Below, in pieces: positions 19,665-29,482 of a stretch of 64,000 nt of DNA (positions within the stretch are counted from its first letter, which is position 1; every line of letters begins with the position of its first letter). Source of the DNA: Omnitrophica bacterium RIFCSPLOWO2_12_FULL_50_11 (lineage in GTDB: Bacteria > Omnitrophota > Omnitrophia > Omnitrophales > Danuiimicrobiaceae). Location of the stretch: NCBI GenBank assembly GCA_001804315.1, contig MHFT01000050.1, forward strand, positions 4,600 to 68,599, given 5' to 3'. Both the position numbers and the translations under genes were made by a program. The notes under the pieces were generated by a model, which saw only the letters and a list, made by a program, of their open reading frames with translations, had not been told where the DNA came from and did not search any database.

Positions 19665-20956
19665 GGAAGAAGACTCCGTGCCGCGCTTCGTCCCGCCACG
19701 GCCCCTGTGCTCCAAGACCATTGGAAATTAAATCCGCCGATGCGGCCGTCCACATCCAGGATTTCACCTGCAAAGTAAAGTCCGCTTACGAGTTTGGATT
19801 CCATGGTGGCGGCTTTTATCTCTTTAAGGTCCACGCCTCCCGCCGTCACTTCCGCCTTCTTGTAACCAAAAACGCTTTCTGCTTCCAGCGGATAATGAAG
19901 CAGGAAGCGGATCAGCCGCTTTTGGTTTTCGTTTGAAAAATTTTCAATCGACCGGGCTTCGCCGAGGGCGATTTTTTTAAGAAGCGTTTCGACGAACCGA
20001 GCGGGGAGTGAAAATTCCTTCGCGAGAAGATTCCTTACGAGTTTCTGGGGACGTGTCTTTTTCGCCGATTGAAAAGCTGCTTGAAGCGACTCGTCATTTT
20101 CCTCCGGAAGGAAACTGGCCCTGATTTCTGGATTTTCCTCCCTCTTGGCACTTGCCAAATGCCTGCTGATATTAAGTGCCGCGGGCCCGCTGAAACCAAA
20201 ATGCGTGAATAAAAAGGAGTCGCAGTACGCACAGACTTTTTTGCCGTTTCTAAAAAATGAAAGTTTTGCGTCAAGCGAAACACCGCTGAGACTTTTCCAA
20301 TCGGATTCATTCGTCAGGAGCGGTGTCAGCGCAGGAAAGGTATTCAAAAGGGTATGCCCGAAACCTTCAGCTATTCCGTAACCCGTGCCGTCACTCCCTG
20401 TGGCCGGATAAGAAAGACCCCCCGTCGCCAAGATGACCTTCCGCGCGCAAACAGCATCAGGACCCTCCGAACTTCTGAGATGAAACAAATCGCCTTCTTT
20501 TTTGATGGCCGTAATACGAGTACCTTTTTTCCACACAACCCCGAGCCGGTCCGTTTCCTTTAGAAGTGCCTCTAACACAGTTTTTGCGGAATGCGTCACG
20601 GGAAAGTATTTTCCACCAGTTTCACAAACGACCTTCACGCCGATTCCTTCAAAGAATTGGATGGTTTCTTGAGGGGTGAAGGCTTCGAAGACGTGTTTGA
20701 CAAAATGACTCGGACCTCCTTCGAAATCGGAGGGTCTCACTTCTTGGTTGGTGATATTGCACCGCGTCCCGCCCGACATGAGGATCTTTGCGCCGAGGGT
20801 GAGGCGCCCATCCAGAAGAAGAATGTTGAGCGGCACGCCGCGGGCCCGGGCGGTTCTTCCCGCCCAAATCGCGGTCATGAGCCCTGCCGCACCCGCTCCA
20901 ACGATGGCAATGCTAACGGGACTCTCTTCCACGGCGGAAATAGGGTACGGATTCAA
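19661..20956 (-). CDS. HI0933/BaiN-like flavoprotein
   Basis: GAGAAG, SGGTRCN, LATGG..YP.TGS.G.G, VTAGGV, GGFNFQ. Confidence 0.92.
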   Translation of the reverse strand: MNPYPISAVEESPVSIAIVGAGAAGLMTAIWAGRTARARGVPLNILLLDGRLTLGAKILMSGGTRCNITNQEVRPSDFEGGPSHFVKHVFEAFTPQETIQFFEGIGVKVVCETGGKYFPVTHSAKTVLEALLKETDRLGVVWKKGTRITAIKKEGDLFHLRSSEGPDAVCARKVILATGGLSYPATGSDGTGYGIAEGFGHTLLNTFPALTPLLTNESDWKSLSGVSLDAKLSFFRNGKKVCAYCDSFLFTHFGFSGPAALNISRHLASAKREENPEIRASFLPEENDESLQAAFQSAKKTRPQKLVRNLLAKEFSLPARFVETLLKKIALGEARSIENFSNENQKRLIRFLLHYPLEAESVFGYKKAEVTAGGVDLKEIKAATMESKLVSGLYFAGEILDVDGRIGGFNFQWSWSTGAVAGRSAARSLLP

Positions 20957-21260
20957 TCAAGGCAAGTTTCTTTGCCTTGGGTAAGGCCTTCACAAAACAT
21001 TCGCGGACGAGGGCGTCGGTTCTCGTTTTGCAGGTTTCCTGATAAACCATCTCAAGCGGCTGCCGGGTTCGTGTGTAACGCGCCGCTTTTCCCTCCGCGT
21101 GCATTTTGAAGCGTCTTTCAATATCTCTCGTGATCCCGGTGTAAAGCGAACGGTCGCCGCATTTCAAAATGTAGAGAAACCATTTTCCGCTTCGCTTTTT
21201 CCGGGATTTTTTCTCTTTTGCCTGCATCCGTTCCAGCATTTGTTTGTACCGGTGTTTCAT
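20913..21260 (-). CDS. Small GIY-YIG nuclease (UPF0213-like)
   Basis: YILKCGDRSLYTGIT...RR...H..GKAARYTR. Confidence 0.88.
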   Translation of the reverse strand: MKHRYKQMLERMQAKEKKSRKKRSGKWFLYILKCGDRSLYTGITRDIERRFKMHAEGKAARYTRTRQPLEMVYQETCKTRTDALVRECFVKALPKAKKLALIESVPYFRRGRESR

Positions 21261-21289
21261 GTCGCGGGCCCTTGTTTAAAAGCACGGAT

Positions 21290-23146
21290 TTAATGTGTCA
21301 TCTTATCTGACCCCTTGATCGGCCTGTTCCGTGATTGACGCTTGCGCTCGTTTTCGGTCAGGTATCGTTTGCGCAGACGGATATTTTTCGGTGTGATCTC
21401 CACAAGTTCATCTTTTTCAATAAACTCCAAAGCGAATTCCAATGTCATTGCACGTGGCGCAATCAACTGAATCGCTTCGTCCGATCCTGAGGCACGCATG
21501 TTGGTCAGCTTCTTTTCTCGGATGGCATTCACAACCAAATCATGTCCTTTATGGTTGACGCCCACGATCATTCCCTCATAAAGATCGTCGCCGGGCCTTA
21601 CGAAAATCTCTCCGCGTTCCTGAAGACCCCAAAGCGCGTAAGCAACCGCCTTGCCAGTAGTTTGTGAAACGAGCACTCCCCACCGGCGTTTAGGCAAGGA
21701 ACCTTTAAACTTTTGATACTCGTAAAAGTTTTGATACATGACCCCCGTGCCGCGCGTCATCGTTAGAAATTCTCCCCGAAAACCAATGAGGGCCCGCGAC
21801 GGAATAAGAAACGCGAGACGAATCGCTGCTGCCTTACTGTGTTGCATATCTTTAAGTTCGGCTTTGCGGCTCCCAAGAGCCTGAATCACTACTCCCTGAT
21901 AACCGGGATCCACTTCCATGGTGATTTCCTCAACCGGCTCAAGCGTCTCGCCTTCGGCCTCCTTCAGAATCACCTGCGGCTGTGAAACTTCCAGCTCATA
22001 ACCTTCACGACGCATCGTCTCAATCAAAATAGAAAGGTGGAGTTCCCCTCGTCCTGAAATTTTAAACCGCTCGCTCCCCTCCACGGTTTCGACCCTGATG
22101 CCCACATTCATCATCGCCTCATGTTCAAGCCGCTCACGGATGTGGCGCGAGGTCAGAAACCGCCCGCCGTCTTTGCCGGCAAGGGGGCTCGTGTTATGCG
22201 AAAAGTACATAGACATCGTAGGTTCATCAATTTTAATGAACGCAAGCGCCTTGGGGTTTTCCGGGCTTGCGAACGTCTCACCGACTTTGACGTTTTCCGC
22301 CCCAGCGATGGAGACGATGTCACCGGCCAGGGCTTCGGCTGTCTCGAATCTCTTAAGGCCTTGGTGTTTCAGAATTTTGGTAACGTGGGCCCGCTCGAGC
22401 AAACCGTCGCGTTTGACAACCACAAAAGGATCGCCGATCTTCACCCTGCCGTGGAATATCCGGCCGGTCGCGATGCGACCCACATAGGAATCACAGTCAA
22501 GCATCGTTACCAACATTTGAAACGTCTCGTCGGTGTCGGCCACAGGCGGAAGCACTCGGTGCAGGATGGTCTCTAGGAGCGGCTTCATGTCCGGACTCTT
22601 TTGCTCAAGATCAAGCGTAGCCCACCCCTCCGTGGCCGAGGCATAAACCACCGGAAAATCCAGTTGTTCGTCAGTCGCATTGAGTTCGCAGAACAGGTCA
22701 AAGGTCATATCCGTTACTTCATGCGGCCGGGCATTTGGACGATCGACTTTGTTGACCACAAGAATGGGTTTTAGGTGCAGCTCTAAACACTTACGCAAAA
22801 CAAATTTGGTCTGCGGCATGGGTCCGTCAAAGGCGTCGACTAAGAGCAAAACGCCTTCTACCATACGGAGGATGCGCTCTACCTCACTGCCAAAATCCGC
22901 GTGGCCGGGTGTGTCGACAATGTTAAATTGTACGCCCCGATATCGAAAGGACGCGTTCTTAGAGAAAATGGTGATGCCGCGTTCACGCTCAAGGACATTG
23001 GAATCCATAATCGTCGTCTCGCCCTTTTTGAAGTCGTAAGCGCCCGTCTGCTTCAGCAGCGCATCGACCAGCGTGGTTTTCCCATGGTCGACATGCGCAA
23101 CGATTGCAACATTGCGTATTTCTTTGCGTCTTTTGAGTTGATGCAT
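21290..23146 (-). CDS. typA: Translational GTPase TypA/BipA
   Basis: [28 protein letters not shown]; start at MHQLK. Confidence 0.96.
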   Translation of the reverse strand: MHQLKRRKEIRNVAIVAHVDHGKTTLVDALLKQTGAYDFKKGETTIMDSNVLERERGITIFSKNASFRYRGVQFNIVDTPGHADFGSEVERILRMVEGVLLLVDAFDGPMPQTKFVLRKCLELHLKPILVVNKVDRPNARPHEVTDMTFDLFCELNATDEQLDFPVVYASATEGWATLDLEQKSPDMKPLLETILHRVLPPVADTDETFQMLVTMLDCDSYVGRIATGRIFHGRVKIGDPFVVVKRDGLLERAHVTKILKHQGLKRFETAEALAGDIVSIAGAENVKVGETFASPENPKALAFIKIDEPTMSMYFSHNTSPLAGKDGGRFLTSRHIRERLEHEAMMNVGIRVETVEGSERFKISGRGELHLSILIETMRREGYELEVSQPQVILKEAEGETLEPVEEITMEVDPGYQGVVIQALGSRKAELKDMQHSKAAAIRLAFLIPSRALIGFRGEFLTMTRGTGVMYQNFYEYQKFKGSLPKRRWGVLVSQTTGKAVAYALWGLQERGEIFVRPGDDLYEGMIVGVNHKGHDLVVNAIREKKLTNMRASGSDEAIQLIAPRAMTLEFALEFIEKDELVEITPKNIRLRKRYLTENERKRQSRNRPIKGSDKMTH

Positions 23147-23283
23147 AAGGGAAAAGGGGTTCCATCGCCCCGTGCCGATGGGCTCTATGATAACTCGGGT
23201 TTGAGAAATCTCTTCCCTAACGGAAATGGAAACGTACTTTATCCGTTGGACCCTATTGTGCCCCTCGCGGTTTCCCGTGGATT

Positions 23284-23366
23284 CCCCACGGGCAGAGCCC
23301 GTGGCACTAAAACTCCCACGCGCTCCGCGCGGTTTCTCGCCATTCACCCACGGGCTCAGCCCGTGG
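23284..23366. mobile_element. Pair of IS200/IS605-like end hairpins (non-autonomous remnant)
   Basis: CCCACGGGCAGAGCCCGTGG and ATTCACCCACGGGCTCAGCCCGTGG, about 40 bp apart. Confidence 0.5.
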
Positions 23367-23432
23367 AACTCAAAGCGGCGATTAGAGGGTCAATCTGAAG
23401 GTAGGCGAAAAATGAAGAGAAACCTTCCCTTT

Positions 23433-23600
23433 TTAGCGGCTGCTATCCTTGCGCTTTGCGAAGCACTCCTTGCAGTAGACCGGGCGGTTTCCGCTGGGTC
23501 TAAAAGGTACTTCGCACTCTTTCTGGCAGTCTGCGCAAACCGCCTTGAACATTTCCCTTGGTCTTCCGCCGAATCCACCACCACCTTGCTGAAATGCCAT
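23433..23600 (-). CDS. CxxC-x17-CxxC zinc-binding protein, 55 aa (below the ORF-track cutoff)
   Basis: Hand translation MAFQQGGGGFGGRPREMFKAVCADCQKECEVPFRPSGNRPVYCKECFAKRKDSSR; AGGAGG RBS. Confidence 0.92.
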   Translation of the reverse strand: MAFQQGGGGFGGRPREMFKAVCADCQKECEVPFRPSGNRPVYCKECFAKRKDSSR

Positions 23601-23640
23601 CTATAGTTCCTCCTTTTGGTTTACATAAGCTACTGAACAC

Positions 23641-23736
23641 CTTCCAAATATCGTCCGTATTTGTACGATACTGAAGTGGCTCCCCGGCGAACACTCCAAA
23701 ACGTCCGGATACCAAGTCGCCAAGGGCGCCTGGAAG
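23641..23736 (-). promoter_or_regulatory. Candidate structured 5' leader RNA
   Basis: Closing stem CUUCCA/UGGAAG enclosing GGCGCCCUUGGCGA/UCGCCGGGGAGCC and UAUCGU/ACGAUA stems. Confidence 0.45.
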
Positions 23737-24017
23737 ATCCGAGAATCTACGCCTCATTCTGAGCCGGAGATCTTTCGCCCCTTTCCGCCTCCGCCTCCGC
23801 CGGAGGACAGATGCGCCTCTGGCGCAAGAGGACGGATTCGTCCTTCGGCGAAAAACAGAGCGGCGGACCCGCCACGTTCTTTGGCGGGCGGGGCTCAGCA
23901 TGACGTCCGAAGGGGCCTCAGTAGGATGACGGAATAGCGTTGCCGTATGAACTCACATGCACCCTCAACAGACAAATTCCTTACAAAAAATGTAAGGTTC
24001 TTGTAGAATGAGTTGCT

Positions 24018-24271
24018 TTTAGTCCGGTTTTCTCATCAATTTGGCGGATTGATGAGAAAACCGCTTTGGACGCACGAAGTTGCGTCCACATGCACGCACG
24101 GGATGATCGACATCCCGGCGTGCAGTGCTGGCCCATAAAGGGCCGGCAAAGTTTTGCGCCCCTCTCAAAATGGGGCGCAAAAGACAACCCCTGTGGTACA
24201 AATGGACAAGCCCATTTGCACCACAGCCTCTTCGAGGGCATTTCTCATTGGCGATGAGAAATGCGGGTTAG
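24018..24271. repeat. Hairpin-chain dispersed repeat, copy 1 (254 bp)
   Basis: Near-identical to 46343-46536, plus a 60-bp insert at 24089-24148. Confidence 0.92.
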
Positions 24272-24349
24272 CTCCTGGCTACGAAGCGAATTTGAAACAC
24301 AAATTCATTCCCCAAGAAGGTTTGACAGGCATCGACCTACGGAAACCAG

Positions 24350-25243
24350 GTGCGAATCGAATCGATCGGTGAATTCGGTCTCATACGCTTGATTCAAGGG
24401 TGGCTCAACCAGCACATCCTGGATGATACCGCTGTCCTTCCGGCTCCAAGCGGCCGGAATCAATTGCTGACGATCGATACTTTGGTAGAGGGGGTCGACT
24501 TTCTGAGGGGAAGGGCAACGCCTGAACAACTAGGCTGGAAGGCGCTTGCGGTGAGCTTAAGCGATATCGCGGCCATGGGCGGGAAGCCAGAAGCAGCAGT
24601 GATTAGTCTGACGCTTCCCAGGCGGACACCGGTTCGGTTTGTCAGGAAATTTTATGACGGACTGCAAAAATTGGCGCGACGCTTCCAAGTTGCTCTGGTG
24701 GGCGGGGACCTTTCACGCGGTTCGAAGCTAAGTTGTTCCGTAGCCGTACTGGGTGAAGCCGGGCGCAAGCGAACCATTTTTCGGACCGGTGCCAAGGTTG
24801 GTGATTTCATCTGCGTCACAGGGCGGCTGGGGGGCTCCATTCTAGGCCGGCATTTGACTTTTATGCCGCGCATTAAGGAGGGACAGTTTCTCGCGAGAGG
24901 CGGCGTTCATTCGATGATCGATGTATCGGATGGTCTTGTCCAGGACCTGAATCATTTGCTTTCACAAGGAAAATTAGCCTATGCATTGGACGAGACTCAG
25001 ATACCGGTCACCCCCGCGGCACGAAAGCTGGCTCGGGGAAATTTCAAGAAGACCTTGGCACATGCTCTCACTGATGGTGAGGATTTCGAACTTCTCTTTA
25101 CGATCTCTCCGCGCCAGTTTCGTAAACTCCAGCCGCTTTGGAAGCGACGTTTCCGAACTCCAGTGTCGGTGATCGGCCGTGTGATTCGAAGACCCAAAGG
25201 GTGGAAAGCACCACAGGGGAGATGCGGTTTTCGACATTTTTAA
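24350..25243 (+). CDS. thiL: Thiamine-monophosphate kinase
   Basis: GEFGLI, DDTAV, SDIAAMG, GGD, IDVSDG, GEDFEL. Confidence 0.94.
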   Translation: MRIESIGEFGLIRLIQGWLNQHILDDTAVLPAPSGRNQLLTIDTLVEGVDFLRGRATPEQLGWKALAVSLSDIAAMGGKPEAAVISLTLPRRTPVRFVRKFYDGLQKLARRFQVALVGGDLSRGSKLSCSVAVLGEAGRKRTIFRTGAKVGDFICVTGRLGGSILGRHLTFMPRIKEGQFLARGGVHSMIDVSDGLVQDLNHLLSQGKLAYALDETQIPVTPAARKLARGNFKKTLAHALTDGEDFELLFTISPRQFRKLQPLWKRRFRTPVSVIGRVIRRPKGWKAPQGRCGFRHF

Positions 25244-25261
25244 TACGAGGAGCACTAAAAA

Positions 25262-25726
25262 GTGACGAAAGCGGTTAAGGAAAGCCGTTTCGATGTTCAA
25301 AAATGGAAAAGCCGTTCGGTTGACGAAACGCTTCGGTGGGGAACTTCCATCGCTCGCAACCTCAAACCTGGCACGTGTCTTGCCTTAGTCGGTCCCTTGG
25401 GCAGCGGAAAAACAGTTTTTGTCAAGGGGATCGGTCGCGGGCTTGGCATTGCGGATCGCAGCGAAATCCGGAGCCCGAGCTTTGTCCTTTTCCACAGGTA
25501 CACAGGACCTGTTTCCCTCCACCATTTCGATTTTTACAGACTGGATGCAGAATCTGACCTGGAACGAATCGGGATCTACGAGTTTCTTTTCAATTCGAAT
25601 GCGGTTTCGGTCATTGAGTGGGCAGACCGTATACCGGAGGTACTTCAAAGAGCTCATCTACGGATTGATCTATCCATCACTGGTGAAACGAGCCGAACAA
25701 TTCGCGCACAAAGCAATGAAAGATGA
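25262..25726 (+). CDS. tsaE: t6A biosynthesis ATPase TsaE
   Basis: GPLGSGKT, SPSF, HFDFYRL, IEWA. Confidence 0.93.
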   Translation: MTKAVKESRFDVQKWKSRSVDETLRWGTSIARNLKPGTCLALVGPLGSGKTVFVKGIGRGLGIADRSEIRSPSFVLFHRYTGPVSLHHFDFYRLDAESDLERIGIYEFLFNSNAVSVIEWADRIPEVLQRAHLRIDLSITGETSRTIRAQSNER

Positions 25727-26414
25727 AAACAATATTCTCGCGATTGACACATCTTCCAAAGTGCTCTCTGTGGCCATCCGGTCTGGTTCGAAGGCCGTCT
25801 CGGAGCGGAACTTAGAAGGCACGCCGCGTCATTCTGAACAGCTGATCGATGAGATTGAACACGGCCTGAAGGTTCTCAAGCTCAAAAAAGAGGATCTCAC
25901 GCATCTGATTTGGGGACTTGGCCCAGGCTCCTTTACGGGTTTGAGGATCGGCTTTTCCATTTTGAAAGGGCTGCATCTGGGACTAAATCGCCGGATGGCA
26001 CTTGGTGCTTCTAGTCTGGACGTCATTGCCTTTGGATGCGGGCTCGCGAGCGGGACACTCGCGGTTTGTGTCGATGCGAGGCGTGAGCGGATTTATACCT
26101 CCCTTTATCGATTTCAACATGGCGCCATGATGCGCGAGGCCGGCGACGCTCTTTTTTCAGCAGATGAGTTGTTGGACCGCGTCGACGGAGAAACGGTCTT
26201 CGTTGGTGATGCGCTTCTTGCTTATGGAGACGTGATTCGCAAGAAAGTCGGTATGCAAGCTGTATTCTTAAATCCAATTTTTTGGTATCCAAGAGCCGTT
26301 TCGTTAATCCGCTTGTGGGAAGAGAAAGAGGAGTGGCTTGAACCGCTCTCGCTGCGGACGATGATACCCCGCTATTTAAGACGTTCCGAAGCGGAGGAGA
26401 AAATCAGTGGTTGA
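25716..26414 (+). CDS. tsaB: t6A biosynthesis protein TsaB
   Basis: ILAIDTS, GPGSFTGLRIG, DARR, P.YLR.S.AE. Confidence 0.93.
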   Translation: MKDENNILAIDTSSKVLSVAIRSGSKAVSERNLEGTPRHSEQLIDEIEHGLKVLKLKKEDLTHLIWGLGPGSFTGLRIGFSILKGLHLGLNRRMALGASSLDVIAFGCGLASGTLAVCVDARRERIYTSLYRFQHGAMMREAGDALFSADELLDRVDGETVFVGDALLAYGDVIRKKVGMQAVFLNPIFWYPRAVSLIRLWEEKEEWLEPLSLRTMIPRYLRRSEAEEKISG

Positions 26415-27552
26415 ACTCGAGCTCATTCAAGATTCGCGTGTTCGGGCGCAAGCGAGCTGGCTGGAGCTGAGCCAAGAGGCGCTGAAACACAATTTGCTGC
26501 TCGTCAAGCAATTGACGCTTCCTGGTGCAGCTGTGCTCGCGGTGGTGAAAGCGAATAGCTACGGCCACGGGCTTCGTGAAATAGGTCAATGTCTCCATGA
26601 CGAAGTCGCTTATTTTGGGGTTTCCACGGTTGAGGAAGCGCTGGCCTTGAGGCGAAATGGAATTTCAACGCCAATTCTCCTATTTGGCGTTCCATTTCGC
26701 GAAGCGGTCGAAACTGCGTTGGAATCCGACGTCTCGTTGGCGGTCTCGAGCGTCGAACAAGCGTGCGAGATCGCCCGTACCGCAGAGCGGCTCGCCAAAC
26801 CTGCTGTCATTCATGTAAAAGTTGATACGGGGATGGGGCGGCTCGGGATTCCGGCGCGCGAGGCAATCAGATCCGTCGAAAAAATCGCATCACTCGAAGA
26901 ACTTCGGTTGGAAGGGATCTTCACTCATTTTCCGCAAGGTGAGGGGGAGCAAGACGCCTTTACGCAGAATCAAATTCGTACTTTTCGTGAAGTCATTGAA
27001 GGAGCTTCAAGAAAAGGAATCCATTTTGCATACCGCCATGCCGCGAACACAGTCGGCATCGTGAATTACCGCGAAGCCCATTTCAATTTGGTGCGACCAG
27101 GCATTCTTCTCTATGGCGTACGACCGAGCCGCTCCTTCAAAGGGCATCTTGAGTTGAAACCTGTTCTGAGCTGGAAAGCCAAACTTATTTTACTGAAGCG
27201 ATTACAGGCGGGAGAATCGACCGGATACGGCCGCACCTTTGTTGCCGACCGAGAAACCGTCATTGGTATTTTGCCGGTAGGCTACAGCCATGGTTACTCG
27301 TTCGCCCTCTCGGGCAAAAGCGAGGTTTTGTTTAGCGGAAAGCGTTATCGAGTAGCAGGACGAGTCTCAATGGATTATATCGCCGTCGACTTTGGAACCG
27401 GTTTTGAGGGGAAGGCGGGGGATACAGTGACACTCTTAGGTCGGGAAGGAAATGAAGAAATCACGGTGGAAACTTTAGCAGAACTTTCGGGGACGATTCC
27501 ATACGAGGTGATTACCCGGTTGAGTGGTACAATTCCAAGGATGCTCATATAA
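26407..27552 (+). CDS. alr: Alanine racemase
   Basis: AVVKANSYGHG, DTGMGRLG, GRVSMD, TIPYE. Confidence 0.95.
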   Translation: MVELELIQDSRVRAQASWLELSQEALKHNLLLVKQLTLPGAAVLAVVKANSYGHGLREIGQCLHDEVAYFGVSTVEEALALRRNGISTPILLFGVPFREAVETALESDVSLAVSSVEQACEIARTAERLAKPAVIHVKVDTGMGRLGIPAREAIRSVEKIASLEELRLEGIFTHFPQGEGEQDAFTQNQIRTFREVIEGASRKGIHFAYRHAANTVGIVNYREAHFNLVRPGILLYGVRPSRSFKGHLELKPVLSWKAKLILLKRLQAGESTGYGRTFVADRETVIGILPVGYSHGYSFALSGKSEVLFSGKRYRVAGRVSMDYIAVDFGTGFEGKAGDTVTLLGREGNEEITVETLAELSGTIPYEVITRLSGTIPRMLI

Positions 27553-27561
27553 GCTGCACAC

Positions 27562-28104
27562 ATGACGTTTCGTATTCTTCATTACGACACCGTAGATTCA
27601 ACCAATAATTTGGCGCGTGCTCTTGCGGAACGAGGCGCTCGGGAAGGAACCGTGATTGTCGCCGATTATCAAACCCACGGCCGCGGCCGTTTTCAGCGGC
27701 GTTGGTATTCGCCGCGCGGGGCTGGTTTGCTCTTTTCCATCATTTTAAGGCCTCGGTTTCAGTCCTCCAAGGCTTCTATATTGACCCATGTGGCGGCACA
27801 GGCCGTTCGGGAGACACTTGAGAAACAATTTGGTTTACAGGCCCGGCTGAAGAAACCGAATGACGTGGTTGTCGGAGGAAAAAAAATTGCTGGTGTTCTC
27901 GCAGAGGCTAGTGGCCAGCAACGTACCTTATCCTACGTGGTCATCGGGATAGGCCTCAACGTCAATACGAAGGCAAAGGATCTTTTGCAGACCGCGACGT
28001 CTATGTACGTGGAAACAGCTGGACGGCTTGAGCTACATTCTATTCTCAATTCAGTGCTCGGAATTTTCGGCAGGATGTATGTGGGGATCATCGCCCACCA
28101 TTGA
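27562..28104 (+). CDS. birA: Biotin--protein ligase (catalytic domain only)
   Basis: DSTN, QTHGRGR, KPND, KIAGVL. Confidence 0.9.
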   Translation: MTFRILHYDTVDSTNNLARALAERGAREGTVIVADYQTHGRGRFQRRWYSPRGAGLLFSIILRPRFQSSKASILTHVAAQAVRETLEKQFGLQARLKKPNDVVVGGKKIAGVLAEASGQQRTLSYVVIGIGLNVNTKAKDLLQTATSMYVETAGRLELHSILNSVLGIFGRMYVGIIAHH

Positions 28105-28133
28105 TACGCAAGCAACAAAATGGTGGGGGATCA
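28081..28133. repeat. CCCCACCAC-family palindrome at the birA stop
   Basis: atcgcccaccatt...aatggtgggggat. Confidence 0.65.
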
Positions 28134-28218
28134 ATCATGGTACCGTAGGACATAGGGTACGCAATCGCTGGAGCGTGGAGGATCTGGACCACAACGAATT
28201 GACATTTGGACGATCGCT

Positions 28219-28983
28219 ATGAACTATAACCTGTTGATATGTCTAGACTTAGGTAATTCATGTGCAACGTACGGCATTCATAGAGGTGGGAGGCTGTGTG
28301 CGACAGGATATGTCCCATCAGTCGATATCCCAGATCTTATGCGAATTATAAGGAAAAGTGGGACACAGGACATATCGATTGACTACATGATATGTAGTGT
28401 CGTCCCAGATTTGACAAGAAAACTTGTAGCCTCCATAAAAAAGTTGAGGAACACGGATAAGGTGTTTGTAATTGGAAAAAATCTGAGATTTAGGTTTCCT
28501 ATGCGATATTCGTCGAAATCTCTTGGCGCGGACAGACTCGTAAACCTTTATGGTGCGCGGCTGCTTTACAAAGCTCCTTGCCTTATTGTCGACTTTGGGA
28601 CCGCGATTACCTTCGATTATTTATCGAGGTCAGGCACATTTGAGGGTGGTCTGATTTGCCCGGGCGTGGAATTATCAGCTAAGGCTCTCAGTGAAAAGGC
28701 TGCGCTTTTGCCTTCTCTTACGAAAATTGAGGCGGCTCGGAGTTTACTGGGACGCGGAACGAAAGCAGCGATGTGTGCAGGCCTGCTTAATGGTTTTGGT
28801 GCTCTGGCCGATGGTTTAATCGATAGGTTTCGAAAGGAGTATGATCGGCAGATCAAGGTGATTGCAACAGGCGGCTTTTCGACGCGGATTGCTCCTTATG
28901 TGCATCGTATTGATGTTGTAGATCCGTTGCATACGCTCAAGTCGCTTGCGTTAATTTACAAAAATGAAGTCGGCGAAGCGTAA
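28219..28983 (+). CDS. coaX: Type III pantothenate kinase
   Basis: DLGNS, SVVP, GADR, DFGTAIT, ATGG. Confidence 0.92.
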   Translation: MNYNLLICLDLGNSCATYGIHRGGRLCATGYVPSVDIPDLMRIIRKSGTQDISIDYMICSVVPDLTRKLVASIKKLRNTDKVFVIGKNLRFRFPMRYSSKSLGADRLVNLYGARLLYKAPCLIVDFGTAITFDYLSRSGTFEGGLICPGVELSAKALSEKAALLPSLTKIEAARSLLGRGTKAAMCAGLLNGFGALADGLIDRFRKEYDRQIKVIATGGFSTRIAPYVHRIDVVDPLHTLKSLALIYKNEVGEA

Positions 28984-28995
28984 GCGGCAGGGCAA

Positions 28996-29460
28996 ATGAG
29001 GAGGCAAAGAAGGCGGTTCTTCAATTTCTTAACGAATGGGCCGCCGCAGCGGTATTTCGTCGCGTTGCAATTTTGCATCCTTGCCGCGATGTTGCTGTTT
29101 CTCTTGTATGGTTCATTTTATCTGTTCGGCCAGTTTTCGTTGTCAGCACAGGAGCTTGTGTCCACGCCGGCTGAATTCCGTGTTGAGCTGAAAGAATGGT
29201 ACTCACACGTCGTCTTTGCCCTCGCAGGCGTCTTTATGATCGGTTTTGTGATCAATTCGCTCATCGGGCTTATGTTTCTGCATCGCGTGGTGGGTCCGCT
29301 CGTTCAAGTGAAACGAATACTTGATTTGCTTGCAGAAGGAGAATTTCCAGATGGGATCGTTCGGTTTCGCCGCGGAGATTTTACACCAGAGCTTGCGGAG
29401 TCGCTCAATCGGTTAATTGACTTCCTGAGGCATCATGCTTCTGGCCGAGGACGGCGCTAA
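28996..29460 (+). CDS. 2-TM membrane protein with HAMP-like tail
   Basis: Two TM helices, then HRVVGPL...RRGDF..ELAESLN. Confidence 0.7.
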   Translation: MRRQRRRFFNFLTNGPPQRYFVALQFCILAAMLLFLLYGSFYLFGQFSLSAQELVSTPAEFRVELKEWYSHVVFALAGVFMIGFVINSLIGLMFLHRVVGPLVQVKRILDLLAEGEFPDGIVRFRRGDFTPELAESLNRLIDFLRHHASGRGRR

Positions 29461-29482
29461 GATCTAAGGAATCTGATCGCAC

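Noticed and set aside
20913-21260. GIY-YIG nuclease as the mobiliser of the CGTC repeats
   Set aside because: Not flanked by the repeats, and embedded in a housekeeping operon
23147-23347. 67-aa N-terminal extension of TypA in the ORF track
   Set aside because: Runs through palindromic repeats; the conserved protein starts at MHQLK (23146)
23641-23736. ZTP riboswitch or tRNA fragment (CGCCGGGGAGCCA)
   Set aside because: Lacks the GACUGGCG and CGCCUGGGC pseudoknot strands and a proper T-arm; kept only as a generic structured leader
23981-24372. Short ORFs repeated at 24.0 kb and 46.3 kb
   Set aside because: Translations of the non-coding hairpin repeat in several frames, with no RBS or motif
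25419-25715. Long N-terminal extension of TsaB
   Set aside because: Overlaps tsaE; the family start is MKDENNILAIDTS at 25716
28219-28520. AT-richer 5' half of coaX as foreign DNA
   Set aside because: The protein keeps its motifs in frame and I cannot quantify the composition shift
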